This document shows, one piece after another, positions 1-11,865 of a stretch of DNA of 64,000 bases. The notes below the pieces were generated by a model. It saw only the letters and a program-made list of their open reading frames with translations. It had not been told where the DNA came from and did no database searches. Source of the stretch: a cyanobacterium endosymbiont of Rhopalodia gibba. GTDB taxonomy: Bacteria; Cyanobacteriota; Cyanobacteriia; Cyanobacteriales; Microcystaceae. Position 1 is the first letter of the stretch; the number at the start of each line of letters is the position of its first letter. Location of the stretch: assembly GCA_045159875.1 (NCBI GenBank), contig CP067995.1:2592001-2656000 (forward strand). The letters are read 5' to 3'. The translations under genes were made by a program, and so were the position numbers.

Positions 1-609
1 TCTGCATTAAAACGATATTCATTGCTAGATCAAATTGCAACGACCTTTGCTTTTTTAGGATTTTCTTTGCCAACTTTTCTTACAGGATTATTATTTATCA
101 TTATATTTAGTGTTCAATTAAAATGGTTTCCTTTTATTTATAACAGCACATTACAAATAACCAATTGGTCAAGTTTTGTTGAACAAATAAAGCAATCTAT
201 TATGCCAGTTTGTGTATTAGCTTTATATCAGTCAGCGATTTTAATGCGGTTTTTTCGTTCAGCAATCTTAGATGAACTCCCCCAAGAATATGTCCGCACC
301 GCCTATGCTAAAGGATTAGGAAGTTTTGCTATTTTGAAAAATCATATTCTTCGGAATGCCATGATTCCCGTTATAACCTTGATAGCTTTAGATATTCCTA
401 CAATTTTTACTGGGGCATTAGTTACGGAACAGGTATTTCGTATTCCTGGAATTGGAGCTTTATTAATTGAATCGATTTATCGTAATGATACCCCAGTAGT
501 TATGGCTATTACCTTTATTTATGCAATTTTAATTTTTATTGGTAACTTTGTCGCCGATTTTACTTATAGTTTTTTGGATCCACGAGTCAAGCTAAATGTA
601 AAAAAATAA
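1..609 (+). CDS. Peptide/nickel ABC transporter permease (OppB/DppB family), 5'-truncated by the window edge
   Basis: Frame open from base 1 (SALKRYSLLDQ...). EAA-like loop 'QEYVRTAYAKGL...HILRNAMIP' and C-terminal 'YSFLDPRV'. Confidence 0.9.
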   Translation, partial: SALKRYSLLDQIATTFAFLGFSLPTFLTGLLFIIIFSVQLKWFPFIYNSTLQITNWSSFVEQIKQSIMPVCVLALYQSAILMRFFRSAILDELPQEYVRTAYAKGLGSFAILKNHILRNAMIPVITLIALDIPTIFTGALVTEQVFRIPGIGALLIESIYRNDTPVVMAITFIYAILIFIGNFVADFTYSFLDPRVKLNVKK

Positions 610-1349
610 TTATATTAGCTATTTATTTTTTTCTTCATTATTGATGTTCTTTATATAAAGATCTTTATTATGTCTCAGGAATGTATCGTTGTTTCCAAGC
701 ATTATTAGACGCAGGCTATATAAGCCTAGTACAAAAAGATTTTTATTTAAAAAATACGGTTTCTGAGGACAGTGGAAAGTTCTTAAATTAGATTACAATT
801 GTTATGTTGGCTTTAGATTTTTAGTTAAGTCTTAGCTTGGTCCTAGATGTTGTTATGATTTCTAGTTTTTCCTTATTAGAAATTAGGTCTTAGGGGAGGT
901 TTGCTAGTCTTGGATATTTTATTTTTGTTTCTGTTAATCTCATTGAATTAATTGATTCAGCAATTATTTAAACGGGATTTTTAGTATTCCGTCACTATTA
1001 TGCCTTCATAAAAGAGTCAGCAATATTGGTTAGTTTTCTTGTCTAGTGTAGTGTCTCACCGATTGTTGCCTTAATTTATACCTATGTTATATTCATCGGA
1101 ATGAGCCTTCTATATTTTTAGTTAAACTTCGTTAAAGTAGCTAAAACTTTGCCACATGAGATGATCTCTTTATACCGAGGCGAGGTTGTTGTATGCTAAA
1201 AGGCATCAAGTTTATGGTTGATATTACTTTGCTACGTTAGTTTGAGCGCAGATCAACTAGCTTAAGTCTTTAAAATCTTTCTAGGACAGTTGTTGCTTGA
1301 TTGTATAAGTAAGCTAAGAAAAACTCTTTTGGTAGCTTGAATTGTTGAC

Positions 1350-1625
1350 TAATGGAAGACCCTTCTGATGAAAAAACTACTCTATTGCCAGAGGGATTGT
1401 CTCAATCAGTTTGCCGTTAGTATAAGTTCTATTGGTTTTTAACTTGATTACTTCCCAGTCTAAACCATCACGGCAGATTTTTATTTTAGATGATGACGAA
1501 ACACCACAATACCATAGAGGACAATCTCATCGTCGATATAGCGTGATATAGCGTCTCATATGAATTGTTAATTCGATATCAAATGCCCAATAGCACACGG
1601 GTATGTTGTTGTCTCGATAAAGTAA
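1350..1625 (-). pseudogene. Decayed unidentified ORF
   Basis: Minus-strand reading 'YIDDEIVLYGIVVFRHHLK*KSAVMV*...KPIELILTAN*LRQSLWQ*SSFFIRRVFH*' looks protein-like but has many stops. It contains a 10-bp tandem duplication at 1535-1554. Confidence 0.35.
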
Positions 1626-1702
1626 GGTCAGATTAATAACCAAATTTTAAGCTAACAATCAGAATAAGATTTTAAGTATAGTCAGGAACTATATACTCTT
1701 AT

Positions 1703-1989
1703 CTATGGAATACCGGCGTTAGAACAAAACCAGAATAATACAAGCCCCTCAAATTTAACTAAAGCTAGTGATTACCAACATTTAAGAAATACTCCATTTT
1801 TTCTGAGATAATAGAATAGTTGAGGAAAAAGTCAATTTAGCTCAGCCCCGTATTTGGGGTAGCAAAATATTCCACAGCGATAGTCAAAAGATTAGCAACA
1901 ATCTTAATAACCTCTATTGACCAATTCTCAACGATGGTATCTGGGGCAATTGTCTGAGTAAATAAGAGTAAGTATGATAGCATAGACAT
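1703..1989 (-). pseudogene. psaK: Photosystem I subunit PsaK pseudogene
   Basis: Manual translation: MSMLSYLLLFTQTIAPDTIVENWSIEVIKIVANLLTIAVEYFATPNTGLS*, then after frameshifts 'MLVITSFS*I*GACIILVL/SNAGIP*', matching the PsaK C-terminus (LLATTSFGHILGAGxILGLSNAGIL). Lies divergent from trpF. Confidence 0.85.
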
Positions 1990-2089
1990 TGTATAATTCC
2001 TAGGTTGATAAACTTTAATTAATAGTAGGGCTCATAGAAATCCCTTTGACAAAAAGTTTACTTCAGTTTGAATATTTAATAGTGGCAAA

Positions 2090-2731
2090 ATGAGAATCAA
2101 GATATGCGGCATCACCCAACTATCCCAGGGAAAAGCGATTGCTCAATTGGGGGCTACTATGTTGGGCTTTATCTGTGTTCACCGATCTCCTCGTTATATT
2201 AGTCCGTTTCAAATTCAAGCTATAGTTAAGGAACTGCCAATAACAGTTGGCTGTATTGGGGTTTTTGCTAATGCTAGTCTATTAGAAATAGAACAAGTTC
2301 TCAACCAAACAAAGTTAACTGGGATACAACTGCATGGGGATGAGTCGCCCCGGTTTTGTCGTCAGATTAAACAACGGTTTTCCCATCTTGAACTAATTAA
2401 AGCGTTTAGAATCAAAATTTCTCAGTCGTTACGAGCCATACCCGCTTATTTTGATGAAGTAGATACATTATTGTTAGATGCTTACCATCCTAATTTGTTA
2501 GGAGGAACTGGTCACACTTTGAATTGGGAAATTTTAGAACAATTTAACCCACCGCTTCCTTGGTTATTGGCAGGGGGATTAACCCCTGATAATATAGAGC
2601 AATCTCTAACACGGTTACATCCAACGGGAATTGATCTTTCTAGTGGTGTTGAGCAATCACCTGGTGATAAAAATTTAACAAAAGTGGCTGAGTTATTTGC
2701 GCTACTTCAAGATATTAATCTTTTAAAATAA
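2090..2731 (+). CDS. trpF: Phosphoribosylanthranilate isomerase
   Basis: Motifs KICGIT, QLHGDE, LLDAY..GGTG, LAGGL, DLSSGVE. Confidence 0.97.
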   Translation: MRIKICGITQLSQGKAIAQLGATMLGFICVHRSPRYISPFQIQAIVKELPITVGCIGVFANASLLEIEQVLNQTKLTGIQLHGDESPRFCRQIKQRFSHLELIKAFRIKISQSLRAIPAYFDEVDTLLLDAYHPNLLGGTGHTLNWEILEQFNPPLPWLLAGGLTPDNIEQSLTRLHPTGIDLSSGVEQSPGDKNLTKVAELFALLQDINLLK

Positions 2732-4944
2732 AGTTTTATTAAACTTGTTATGTGAAAATAAAAGAATCAAGAAAATACTTCCATTGTTAATAATGGACTC
2801 ATTACAAGCCACTATTGCTATGCAGTATAGCCGGTATTATGCTATATTTTTTTTTAGTATAAAATCGTGCTACACTCAACTTAAGATTAGCTAATTTATC
2901 TCAAAATACTTATTAATTGTACCCGAAAAAAAAATTAAAATAATTAGACGTTGTAATTGATAATAAGTTAAAGTTAATTAAAATGAAAGTTTATGGAATC
3001 AGAAATTTTATTTATTTTAAATTTTTAAGTTTTTTAACTTGTCATTTTTCTACTTAGTTCTATATAGTTGATTCAGTATAATCGGTATCTGGGATAATAA
3101 CAGTATTTTTAAATATTATCAAATTTACGTTTATAAAAAAACCTAATAAATTACTACACAGATAATAATTTATTAGTTTTCTCTCAAAATTAACCCCATG
3201 TCTAATGGACTATGCAAAATATAATATTTTTTTTTATACATTTGGGAGTATTTTTATCAAAAGAGTAATTAAACTATTTAGAAACTTTAAGAAAAATGTT
3301 GCTATTAGTATGTATCTCAAATTTTATTCCTAATATTTCAATTTATACTATTTTTTATTGAGTTTTTTTACTAGTTATACTCAATTTTACTATTGTCTTT
3401 TTCAATTACTAATTTAAGAAATTTCAATACAATTTTTTTTTTAAATTACTTTTTTACTGTTAAAAATTAACTTTTTTACTAAAATTTCTGAATTTTTTTT
3501 ATGCTAGTAAGCAATTTTACTATAAGATTATTTTGCCTATTTTAGAAGTCTTAAAGAAAATAATTAATTTCTATTTTTAAAGATTTTTAAAAACCTGTAA
3601 TAATAATAAACATAAGTAACAAACTTAGATAGAGTATTTTCCAAAACTTTTCTTTATAAACTAATTATTTTTATGAAATGAATAGCAAATATTAGGGTAA
3701 AAAAAGTTGACTGAAGATGAGCATCAAAAAAACGAGAATATCATTCAAGTAATAGCAGTTTAGATTTAGATATTTTAAACCTAAAAAATTAATAAAAATA
3801 TTAGTCGTACTTAAAAATTAAGCTGTGCTCTATAGGTATTCTCACTAAAATTATAGAAACTAACAATAAGATCTAGTAAATTATTTCAACAACTAACGGA
3901 GCGTTTTTAAGTTAATTGTAGTTTTGTTAATTGTCTCCTTGGACTTCATGAAAGAATAAAAAGCATCAAACTATTCTATACTTAAATAACTCAAATTTTT
4001 ATATTTAGTTTTAATTGAAAAAATTGGAGTTGAGCCCACCATAACTCGTAACTTTCTCAGGGTAACTCAAGGAAACAGAGCTTATGGAAAATGTTCCAAT
4101 AATCAAAAAAAAATATTAGATTAATTTGAACTGTCGTTAAATCTATCATTTAAAAAGCTATTATAGCCAATAATTCAGTCTTTTAAGAAAAAAAAATGAA
4201 GTTAACTTCAGAAAAAATTTGTAAAAAAAATAGTATAAATGGAAAGTTAAAAGAGTAAATACAAGAACTATTGGCTATATAAAGAAGAAAAATAAACGAA
4301 AAATATACTTATCTTTTACTAATTTAGAGTACAAAATTAAATTTAATATGAGGAGAACAGTATTAAATAAAATTTAATTAAATTTCTGAATATTTATTTG
4401 AATATAAATATGATTTAGATAAGGTAGTTGAACGAAGTCCTTATCTAAGTAGTGAATCTAATTTAATATTAATTAAAGCAATTTTTAAAAAACTCTAATT
4501 GCCTAAATATAGAGATACAAAGTAATTGGCTTTTTAAAGCTTTATTCAGAACTACCTACTTACCAACTTAAAATAATTAGAACTAAAAGAATATCCAGTT
4601 TGGTCACTAGTCTATAAATCGTCAAAATTTCTAATAATATCTTTTATAGATCTAATCTATAAGAGATATTATTGAATTTTCATCAAGTAAATCCTCTACA
4701 TACATGAATTTTCCGGTTTTATAGCTATTCTCTTTATCTATAGTCTTCTTGAGTAGGAGTTTCTTCAGTTGGCTTTGTGATAAAATTTTGCTGAAAGACA
4801 ATCACTAGTAGGGTTGGCTCTAAAATAGTGGGATTACGTCAAGTTTTAGCAACAAACTTTTCGTTAAATCGGAGGAGTCTTCCTCTTCTCATTTTAGGGA
4901 TACTATTGATTGTTTAATTTAATTTAAGAACATAAGATTAGCTC

Positions 4945-6543
4945 TTACTTGCCACTACTACCTAATAAAAACAAATTCAACAACGTTCCGCTATTCCAAA
5001 GACTATGAACTAATATAGAAGACAGAAGATTGCGCGATCTCGCATAAACTACTCCCAAGACCATACCTAAAATCGTTAAAGGAAGTACTTCTGATAAATT
5101 TAAGTGAGCAAGAGCAAAAATAAAACTACTTATAGTAATAGCTGCCCAAACCGGAATATAACGGGTCAAAGACGATAACAAAAATCCTCGAAAAATAATC
5201 TCTTCATAAAAAGGAGCTACGAGAGAAGCAGTGAAGTAGAAAATAGCTAAAACTACTGTATCTTGGGCTTCCAATGCTAGAAATAATAAGGGATTACTCC
5301 CCCCTTGACCATTCCATATCTGTTGATTAATTAAAGAAATAATAATCACCAAAGGTAAAGCAACCAAGTATCCCCCAACTCCCCACACGAACCAATTACT
5401 TTTTATATCGAATCGAAACCAATCTTTTGGTAGGGGAAAATAGGATTTAATTGACCAGTAGAGTACAAAAATACCTGCTAAGGTCAGAGATAAGTAACTA
5501 GCTAATATGTAAAAAGCTTTTTGCCGTAAACTGAAGTCGGTAGGATTGAAGGGAAGAAAGTTAAATACAATAGGAAATATAATTTGTCCGAAAAAGAAAA
5601 ATCCCACAATTAAGACCTGCCAAATGGTTTCAGCATCCCAAGGAGTTTTCCAAGATAGTTTTTCACTAATATCTAAAATAGACCCATGTTTTTTAAGTAA
5701 CAACTGAGCCAATAAAAAGATAAGTAAACTAAATCCAATAATTCCTAATAATACTGGAATAATGCTGATCCAAGTTAATTTAATAATAGCTAGATTGGCT
5801 TTTTCTCTTTGCTGATTTTCTAATGAAATTAAGTCAGCTTGTCTATCTTGAAGTGTGTAAAGCCTTGTTAAGGCTTGATAACTGAACCACCCGTGTAGAT
5901 TATCCTGTATTTGCAATTCTGCATTAGATAATATTTTAGGATTCTCATTCCATAAGTTTATTAGAATATTAGCAACTGTTCCTGTTTTAGGATCTAAATC
6001 ATTTTTATTGCTAGTAATTAACATTGGTTTCCAACTTTCAATTGCTTTTGATATTTCTCCTTGTTTAATTTTTAAGATTCCCAATTCTAATTTTAGCTTG
6101 TTAATTATTTGTTTTTGACTATTGATATCAATTTTTAATTGCTCTTGATTGGCAGAATATCCTGAATTACTACTTAAAGTAATGGGAGTGTCTTTAACAT
6201 CTACAGAAACTGAACTACCAGTAGTGATTTTAAACTGATTTTCCAATCTATCCAAATTCTTTTGAGAAGTTTCAAGAGCAGTTTTATATTTGTTGGAAAT
6301 AATTTTGTAGGGGTTTTTCCCAATCAATAACTTTTCGACTTCAGCAAAATTAAAATTCGCTTTAGCCTGATCAATATTTGAATATTTCGACAAAAATTCT
6401 GAAGATTGCAAAATTAAATTGGTTTGATATAGCTCAAGATTAACTTGTACCTGGGGTTGGTTAATACTATTGATCAATGAAAATAATACAGGAATCAAAG
6501 AAATAATTGTTAAAACAGATAAGGTTAATCGCTTTACTAACAT
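4945..6543 (-). CDS. CPBP (Abi/CAAX) intramembrane metalloprotease with long N-terminal region
   Basis: Motifs EEIIFRG, FALAH, HSLWN. Confidence 0.93.
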   Translation of the reverse strand: MLVKRLTLSVLTIISLIPVLFSLINSINQPQVQVNLELYQTNLILQSSEFLSKYSNIDQAKANFNFAEVEKLLIGKNPYKIISNKYKTALETSQKNLDRLENQFKITTGSSVSVDVKDTPITLSSNSGYSANQEQLKIDINSQKQIINKLKLELGILKIKQGEISKAIESWKPMLITSNKNDLDPKTGTVANILINLWNENPKILSNAELQIQDNLHGWFSYQALTRLYTLQDRQADLISLENQQREKANLAIIKLTWISIIPVLLGIIGFSLLIFLLAQLLLKKHGSILDISEKLSWKTPWDAETIWQVLIVGFFFFGQIIFPIVFNFLPFNPTDFSLRQKAFYILASYLSLTLAGIFVLYWSIKSYFPLPKDWFRFDIKSNWFVWGVGGYLVALPLVIIISLINQQIWNGQGGSNPLLFLALEAQDTVVLAIFYFTASLVAPFYEEIIFRGFLLSSLTRYIPVWAAITISSFIFALAHLNLSEVLPLTILGMVLGVVYARSRNLLSSILVHSLWNSGTLLNLFLLGSSGK

Positions 6544-6592
6544 AACTTTTACTTATTCTTATAACTAGTACTTTAATAAAAATCTTTTCTTA

Positions 6593-8164
6593 TTATCTAG
6601 ACTTTTTAATTAATATGAAGTCTTGAGCATTTCCTAAGATTTTATACTTATTTAAGTTTAATTTTTCTAAAGTTAACGGATCTAAAAGAAAATAGAACGA
6701 GATAGCTGCTGATTTTTTTAACTCTTCTAGATTTTGAGCAATCACTTGACGATCACTATAAAAATCTAAACTAGTACGACTATAAGCATAAGAGGTATAA
6801 ACTACTGTATTAGGAGGAGTATTTTTCTGAATTAGAGCAGCTACAGGTTTAACAGGAAATGATTCATTCAGTTCCCAAATCCATAAATCAGATATTACAA
6901 ACATGCCCAAACTCAAATATAATCCAACAAAAAGAGTGAAGATAAAGTTACAATTATTTTGTATAAAATTAACATAAGATAAAGCGAATGTAATTCCTAT
7001 TAAAATTGATAATGTGAGAAGTTGAAAATTATTAGTTTTTATACTGAAATAAACTCCCCCTAGTGAAGCTAAACTACCAACAAGTAGTAAAATCCCTAGA
7101 ATCTTGGGATAAAACTGATCATTATTTTGTACAATTTCAGCCAAATATGCCCCCACAGCTAAAGAAAAGAAAGGATATACAGGCAGAATATACCATGGTA
7201 ACTTAGTCCTCATCAAGGAGATAATTCCTATAAACAGGATAAACCCAATTAAAACTAATTTAGCCCAACTTTGCTGATATTTTTTAATCGCTAAAATTAA
7301 TCCTCCAGGCAAAAATGAAAACCAAGGAAAACTATATTTTACTAATTCAATTATATAATACCATACTGAGCCTTTATTTCCTTCAACTGCGGTAGATAAT
7401 CGATCAAAGTTTTGTTGTAAAAAGTGAACTTCAATGAAATTTTCTCCATACTCGATAATTTGAAGTGGGTACCACAAAATTACTGGAAAAAATCCTAAGA
7501 TAAATCCACCCCAAAATACAGGATTTTTAAAAAATTTTGAAAATTTATTGAAAATACAAAATATTCCCAAAATTCCACCCAAAGCAATAACTAAAGTTCC
7601 TTTAGTAAAAGCGATTAATCCCAGTCCAATTCCTACTCCGATTATCCAGAAATGCTGATAAAAAGACTGAAATAAACAGAAAATAGAGAAAAGAAAAAAA
7701 GTATTAATTGGTCCATCTAACATTGCTAGTCGTCCATGACGTACCATAGGTAATAATGTTAAATATACCAGTGTGCTGAAAATAGCTGGAAGACGACTAG
7801 GAAAAATATTTCTTCCTATTAAATATAATAAAGGAACACCACAAGCTGTCAAAAAAGCACAGGGAAAACGGGTTGTAAATTCACTGACCCCTCCAATTAA
7901 ATAGCTCATATTTATTAACCAAATAATCAGAGGAGGTTTAAGTAAAAAAGGTTCATTGTGATAGGTCATATATAACCAGTTACCACTTTTGTAAATATCC
8001 TTAGCAACGGTTCCATAATATCCTTCATCCCAATCTCGTAATGGTAAATTACCCAGTCCGATTAAATATAAAATAAGAGCCGATAATAACAAAAATATAA
8101 ACCAGGATATATCCTGGTTTATATTTTGAAAAAATTGCTTAAAATTAGGTATTTTAGAGATCAT
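6593..8164 (-). CDS. ArnT/PMT-family (GT39/GT83-like) membrane glycosyltransferase
   Basis: 'LRDWDEGYY', 'KPPL', 'RLAMLD', 'TKG', 'TKLPWYILP', multiple TM segments. Confidence 0.9.
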   Translation of the reverse strand: MISKIPNFKQFFQNINQDISWFIFLLLSALILYLIGLGNLPLRDWDEGYYGTVAKDIYKSGNWLYMTYHNEPFLLKPPLIIWLINMSYLIGGVSEFTTRFPCAFLTACGVPLLYLIGRNIFPSRLPAIFSTLVYLTLLPMVRHGRLAMLDGPINTFFLFSIFCLFQSFYQHFWIIGVGIGLGLIAFTKGTLVIALGGILGIFCIFNKFSKFFKNPVFWGGFILGFFPVILWYPLQIIEYGENFIEVHFLQQNFDRLSTAVEGNKGSVWYYIIELVKYSFPWFSFLPGGLILAIKKYQQSWAKLVLIGFILFIGIISLMRTKLPWYILPVYPFFSLAVGAYLAEIVQNNDQFYPKILGILLLVGSLASLGGVYFSIKTNNFQLLTLSILIGITFALSYVNFIQNNCNFIFTLFVGLYLSLGMFVISDLWIWELNESFPVKPVAALIQKNTPPNTVVYTSYAYSRTSLDFYSDRQVIAQNLEELKKSAAISFYFLLDPLTLEKLNLNKYKILGNAQDFILIKKSR

Positions 8165-8190
8165 TAGGTCTATCTTGTTTGTCTATTAGA

Positions 8191-9774
8191 TTAGATTTTT
8201 TGTTTAATCGAATAAAGATAATATTTTTCATTATAAATGAAAGCCTTTTTGAATTGAGCTAGGGAGATAATTTCAAGATCGCTTCTTATTGTTTTTAATT
8301 GTCGATTTAAAATTAAAATTATATTTTTTTTATTTTCACTGTTATTAATCAACTGATTGATTGTTGTTAATATTTCTTCATCATTGATTATTTTTCTCTG
8401 TTCATTAAATAAAACATAACTCCCTAATTTTTTGCTTTCTGGATAGTAAATTTTTTTATTTAAATAACCACTAATAGGAGCAATAGTAAAGTCTTCACTA
8501 CCGACGATTATCATTGATTCTAGATTATTTTTTTGTATAAAGTTAGCTGTAGCACGACTAGCGGAATAAGGAGTTAGTGAATCTCGACTAAACGCAACAA
8601 TGCCAGCAATCAACTGAAGATATAGAATAATCATCAAAAAATTGCCTTTATGATAGATTACAAATTTAAGCCAACTTGACGATAGTTTATAGAGTTTTTG
8701 AGGGAGGCAACGAAATAAATTAACCAGTGATTCAGAATTAAAACAATAATGTTCTATCCATAGGGAAGTAATTAGAATGATATATAAGTGTCCATAGTGT
8801 CTTTGAGAACCTAAAAATTTTAGATATGTAAAAGTTAAAAATTCTAGACTACTAACTAAATAAAAAAATAATGCGGTTGTTTTTTGGGCTAAAATCATCG
8901 ATACGAACCCTAACAAACCTAAAGATAAAACTGCAAAAATAGCCAAATCTAGAGGGTTACTATCGCTAGGGATTAAAACTAAAATATAGCTTCTCCATAT
9001 TCTTGTTAGTGACTGATTAAATCTAATCCAATCAAACTCAAAAAACCATTGACTTGCTCCTCCTTGTAGGGTACTGTCTGACGGAGGAAGTAGCATGATG
9101 ACAGCCAACACTATTCCTAAACTAAAAATTACAAAAGCAATAACAACATTTTGGATTCCTGGTTGAACTTTATGTTGGGAATAATTATGTGTCAAATGGT
9201 CAAAAACTAATGTCAAAGCTAAAGACACAGAAATCATCAAGCAATAAGCATTTGTATTAGCCATAAAAGCTAAAATCAAAGCTAGGGGAATATAATTTTT
9301 ACGGCGAGTCTCGAAATAAGTGCAGAAGCAAAAAATAGCTAGAATTCCTAAAGAATAATTCCGGCTAATCAGAGTATATTCATAAAAAGGTAAATATCCT
9401 AATGAAAATAACAACTTTTGCTGTTTGCTAAAAGGAGAATAGAAAACAAATAAAGTCAGACATCCGACAGCAATAAGCCAATGAAAAATCTGCATTGCTA
9501 GAGGATTAGGAGTTAATTGATTAAGTCCCCATAAACAGATATACCAAAGAATTGGATGTCCTTCATATTTGATATTAGAAAAAAAAATTTTCCAAGAAAC
9601 ACTATCCCTAGCAATTAACCATCCATTGATTTCATCACGCCACATAGCATGATTAAGAATACCAATTAAAGTAATGACAGCAAAGCTAATGACTAATAAT
9701 AGATTGAAGTAATTTTCTTTAATTAAATTTAAGTTAAGCCGAGAAAAGCATTCTTTTACAAGAGTCATACTCAA
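8191..9774 (-). CDS. Polytopic membrane protein, probable GT-C fold glycosyltransferase
   Basis: 'HAMWRDE' acidic motif after TM1, 'YEGHP', 'ISRNY', many TM helices. Co-oriented with the ArnT-like gene. Confidence 0.7.
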   Translation of the reverse strand: MSMTLVKECFSRLNLNLIKENYFNLLLVISFAVITLIGILNHAMWRDEINGWLIARDSVSWKIFFSNIKYEGHPILWYICLWGLNQLTPNPLAMQIFHWLIAVGCLTLFVFYSPFSKQQKLLFSLGYLPFYEYTLISRNYSLGILAIFCFCTYFETRRKNYIPLALILAFMANTNAYCLMISVSLALTLVFDHLTHNYSQHKVQPGIQNVVIAFVIFSLGIVLAVIMLLPPSDSTLQGGASQWFFEFDWIRFNQSLTRIWRSYILVLIPSDSNPLDLAIFAVLSLGLLGFVSMILAQKTTALFFYLVSSLEFLTFTYLKFLGSQRHYGHLYIILITSLWIEHYCFNSESLVNLFRCLPQKLYKLSSSWLKFVIYHKGNFLMIILYLQLIAGIVAFSRDSLTPYSASRATANFIQKNNLESMIIVGSEDFTIAPISGYLNKKIYYPESKKLGSYVLFNEQRKIINDEEILTTINQLINNSENKKNIILILNRQLKTIRSDLEIISLAQFKKAFIYNEKYYLYSIKQKI

Positions 9775-9850
9775 ATCATAAAATTTAATTTAATCAGTCC
9801 CAGGAACCTGTAATCTAGAAACTGGTAATCCATAGAGAGGATAGAAGATA

Positions 9851-11197
9851 GTGGCTACTCGCGTTATTATAGTGCGTCATGGGCAAAGCAACTATAATGC
9901 TAAAAAGCTTATACAGGGTTGCAATAACGAATCAATTTTAACCGAAAAAGGTTGTCAAGATGCTCAAAAAGTCGGGAATAGCCTTAGTTTACTCCCCATT
10001 GATGCAATTTATTGCAGTCCCTTGCAACGGGCAAAAGCCACAGCTGAGATTATTCATAGTCGTTTGCCTTCTCGACCGAGTTTGTCTACTATCAATCAAT
10101 TGATGGACATAGACCTTCCTCTCTGGGAAAAGCAAAATAAACTTGAAGTAGCTAAAACGTTCAAGACTGAATATCAGTTTTGGAAAGAACGTCCCCACGA
10201 ATTTAAAATGGTTCTTTCTACATCTGAGGGAAAAAAAGAGCATTTTCCAGTTCTTGCTTTATATCAACAGGCTAAGAAATTTTGGCAAGAAATGATCCCT
10301 CAGCATCAGGGTAAAACTTTATTGATTGTTGCTCATAATGGTATCAATCGCTGTTTAATTATGAGTGCTATTGGAATGTCTCCAGAGCGTTATCACTCAA
10401 TTCAACAGTCTAATTGTTGCATCAATATCTTGAATTTTAGTGGTAATTGGGGGGAATCAGTGCAACTCGAATCCCTGAATCAAACTTCCCATTTAGGAAT
10501 TCCCATTCCTTCTACTCGTTCTGACAAGAATCATTTACGCTTTTTATTGGTTCGTCATGGAGAAACCGAATGGAATCGAGAATCGAGATTTCAAGGAGTT
10601 AAAGATATTTCACTCAACGAAAATGGTAAAAAACAAGCACAAAAAACTGCATATTTTCTCAAGGAAGTCTCCTTGAACTTTGCAGTTAGTAGTCCTATGT
10701 TACGTCCGAAAGAAACTGCTAAAATAATTCTTCAATACCATAAAGATGTTGAGTTAGAATTTAAACCCCAACTTCAAGAAATCTGTCATGGACTATGGGA
10801 AGGAAAATTAGAATCGGAAATTGAAGTAGATTTTCCAGGGTTATTAACTCAATGGAAAGACTCTCCAGAAACGGTACAAATGCCAGAGGGAGAAAATCTA
10901 CAACAAGTATGGGATCGAGCAATTATCTGTTGGAATCAAATGGTAGAGAATTACAGCAAATCTCCTGAATCTAAAACTGGTATTGTGGTTGCTCATGATG
11001 CTATTAATAAAGTAATTTTATGTTATTTGTTAGGGCTAAAAATCAGAGATTTCTGGAACATTAAACAAGGAAATGGTGGCGTTAGTGTGATTGACTATCC
11101 TCAAGGAATCAAGGGATTTCCTGTTTTACAAGCGATTAATTTAACCAGCCATTTAGGATCTGGAATTTTAGATCAAACAGTGGCTGGAGCATTGTAA
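9851..11197 (+). CDS. Two-domain histidine phosphatase (phosphoglycerate mutase family)
   Basis: Two RHG motifs (VRHGQS, VRHGET), each followed by SP..RxxxTA and VAH. Confidence 0.92.
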   Translation: MATRVIIVRHGQSNYNAKKLIQGCNNESILTEKGCQDAQKVGNSLSLLPIDAIYCSPLQRAKATAEIIHSRLPSRPSLSTINQLMDIDLPLWEKQNKLEVAKTFKTEYQFWKERPHEFKMVLSTSEGKKEHFPVLALYQQAKKFWQEMIPQHQGKTLLIVAHNGINRCLIMSAIGMSPERYHSIQQSNCCINILNFSGNWGESVQLESLNQTSHLGIPIPSTRSDKNHLRFLLVRHGETEWNRESRFQGVKDISLNENGKKQAQKTAYFLKEVSLNFAVSSPMLRPKETAKIILQYHKDVELEFKPQLQEICHGLWEGKLESEIEVDFPGLLTQWKDSPETVQMPEGENLQQVWDRAIICWNQMVENYSKSPESKTGIVVAHDAINKVILCYLLGLKIRDFWNIKQGNGGVSVIDYPQGIKGFPVLQAINLTSHLGSGILDQTVAGAL

Positions 11198-11865
11198 CTG
11201 ACGATTTTTATTCACGGCCTCATTTTTTTAAGGAGTGGGGCTTCGACTGTTGGTTAGCCCAAGAGTGAGAGAGCAATTTATGAAACTAGAAAACTGCCAA
11301 TTTTTAGAAAGAAGTCCACGAGCACTAACAAAAATTACGATCATTGGAAGATAAGCTAAAAATACTACCATTTAAGTGACCTAAAAAACTTAGAGAATAT
11401 AGGTAAAAATATAGAAATATTTTTCTATAGAAAATACTGAAATTAGTAGAGAATAATAAAGTGGTAAAACTTTCTAAGCTAATATTTATTATTTATTATT
11501 TTTATTAGATAATTTTGATTCAAATCGAATATTCATCAACACTTCTTTAATTTTCTAGTATCTCTAACACGTTAGATAATAGTTTTCTGGGAAAGAAGAG
11601 TAACTCATTTCTATTTCTTGATTTTTTAGACAAAAAATATACCCTGATAATCATGAGTATTTTTGATAAAAAATATTAAAAATAAACTCTAACTTAGAAT
11701 AAACAATTAGGAACATATGAAAAACTCTGATATTGACTCAGGATAAGCTAAATTTAAGGAGGTTATAATTACAGTGAAACAATTGCAAACTTAATAATAT
11801 TCAGGTATAAGTGAAACAATGGTTACAAGAAAACAGAATGTGGATTAGTACCATCAAGAGTCAAT

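Noticed and set aside
700..1700. Site-2 protease/CBS pseudogene next to psaK-trpF
   Set aside because: Only chance-level fragments (LAW, SHRRYS). No HExxH or NxxPxxxLDG motif recoverable, and the minus strand reads more coherently.
2732..4944. oriC or ncRNA in the AT-rich deserts (also 20100-22900, 29330-30900, 53200-54950, 61750-63000)
   Set aside because: No DnaA-box cluster or tRNA-like fold seen. Most consistent with fully eroded genes.
11205..11250. IS200/IS605 end or REP-like element (a similar weak motif lies at 22880-22910)
   Set aside because: Imperfect short hairpins with no recognisable transposase. The first is equally explained as a terminator.
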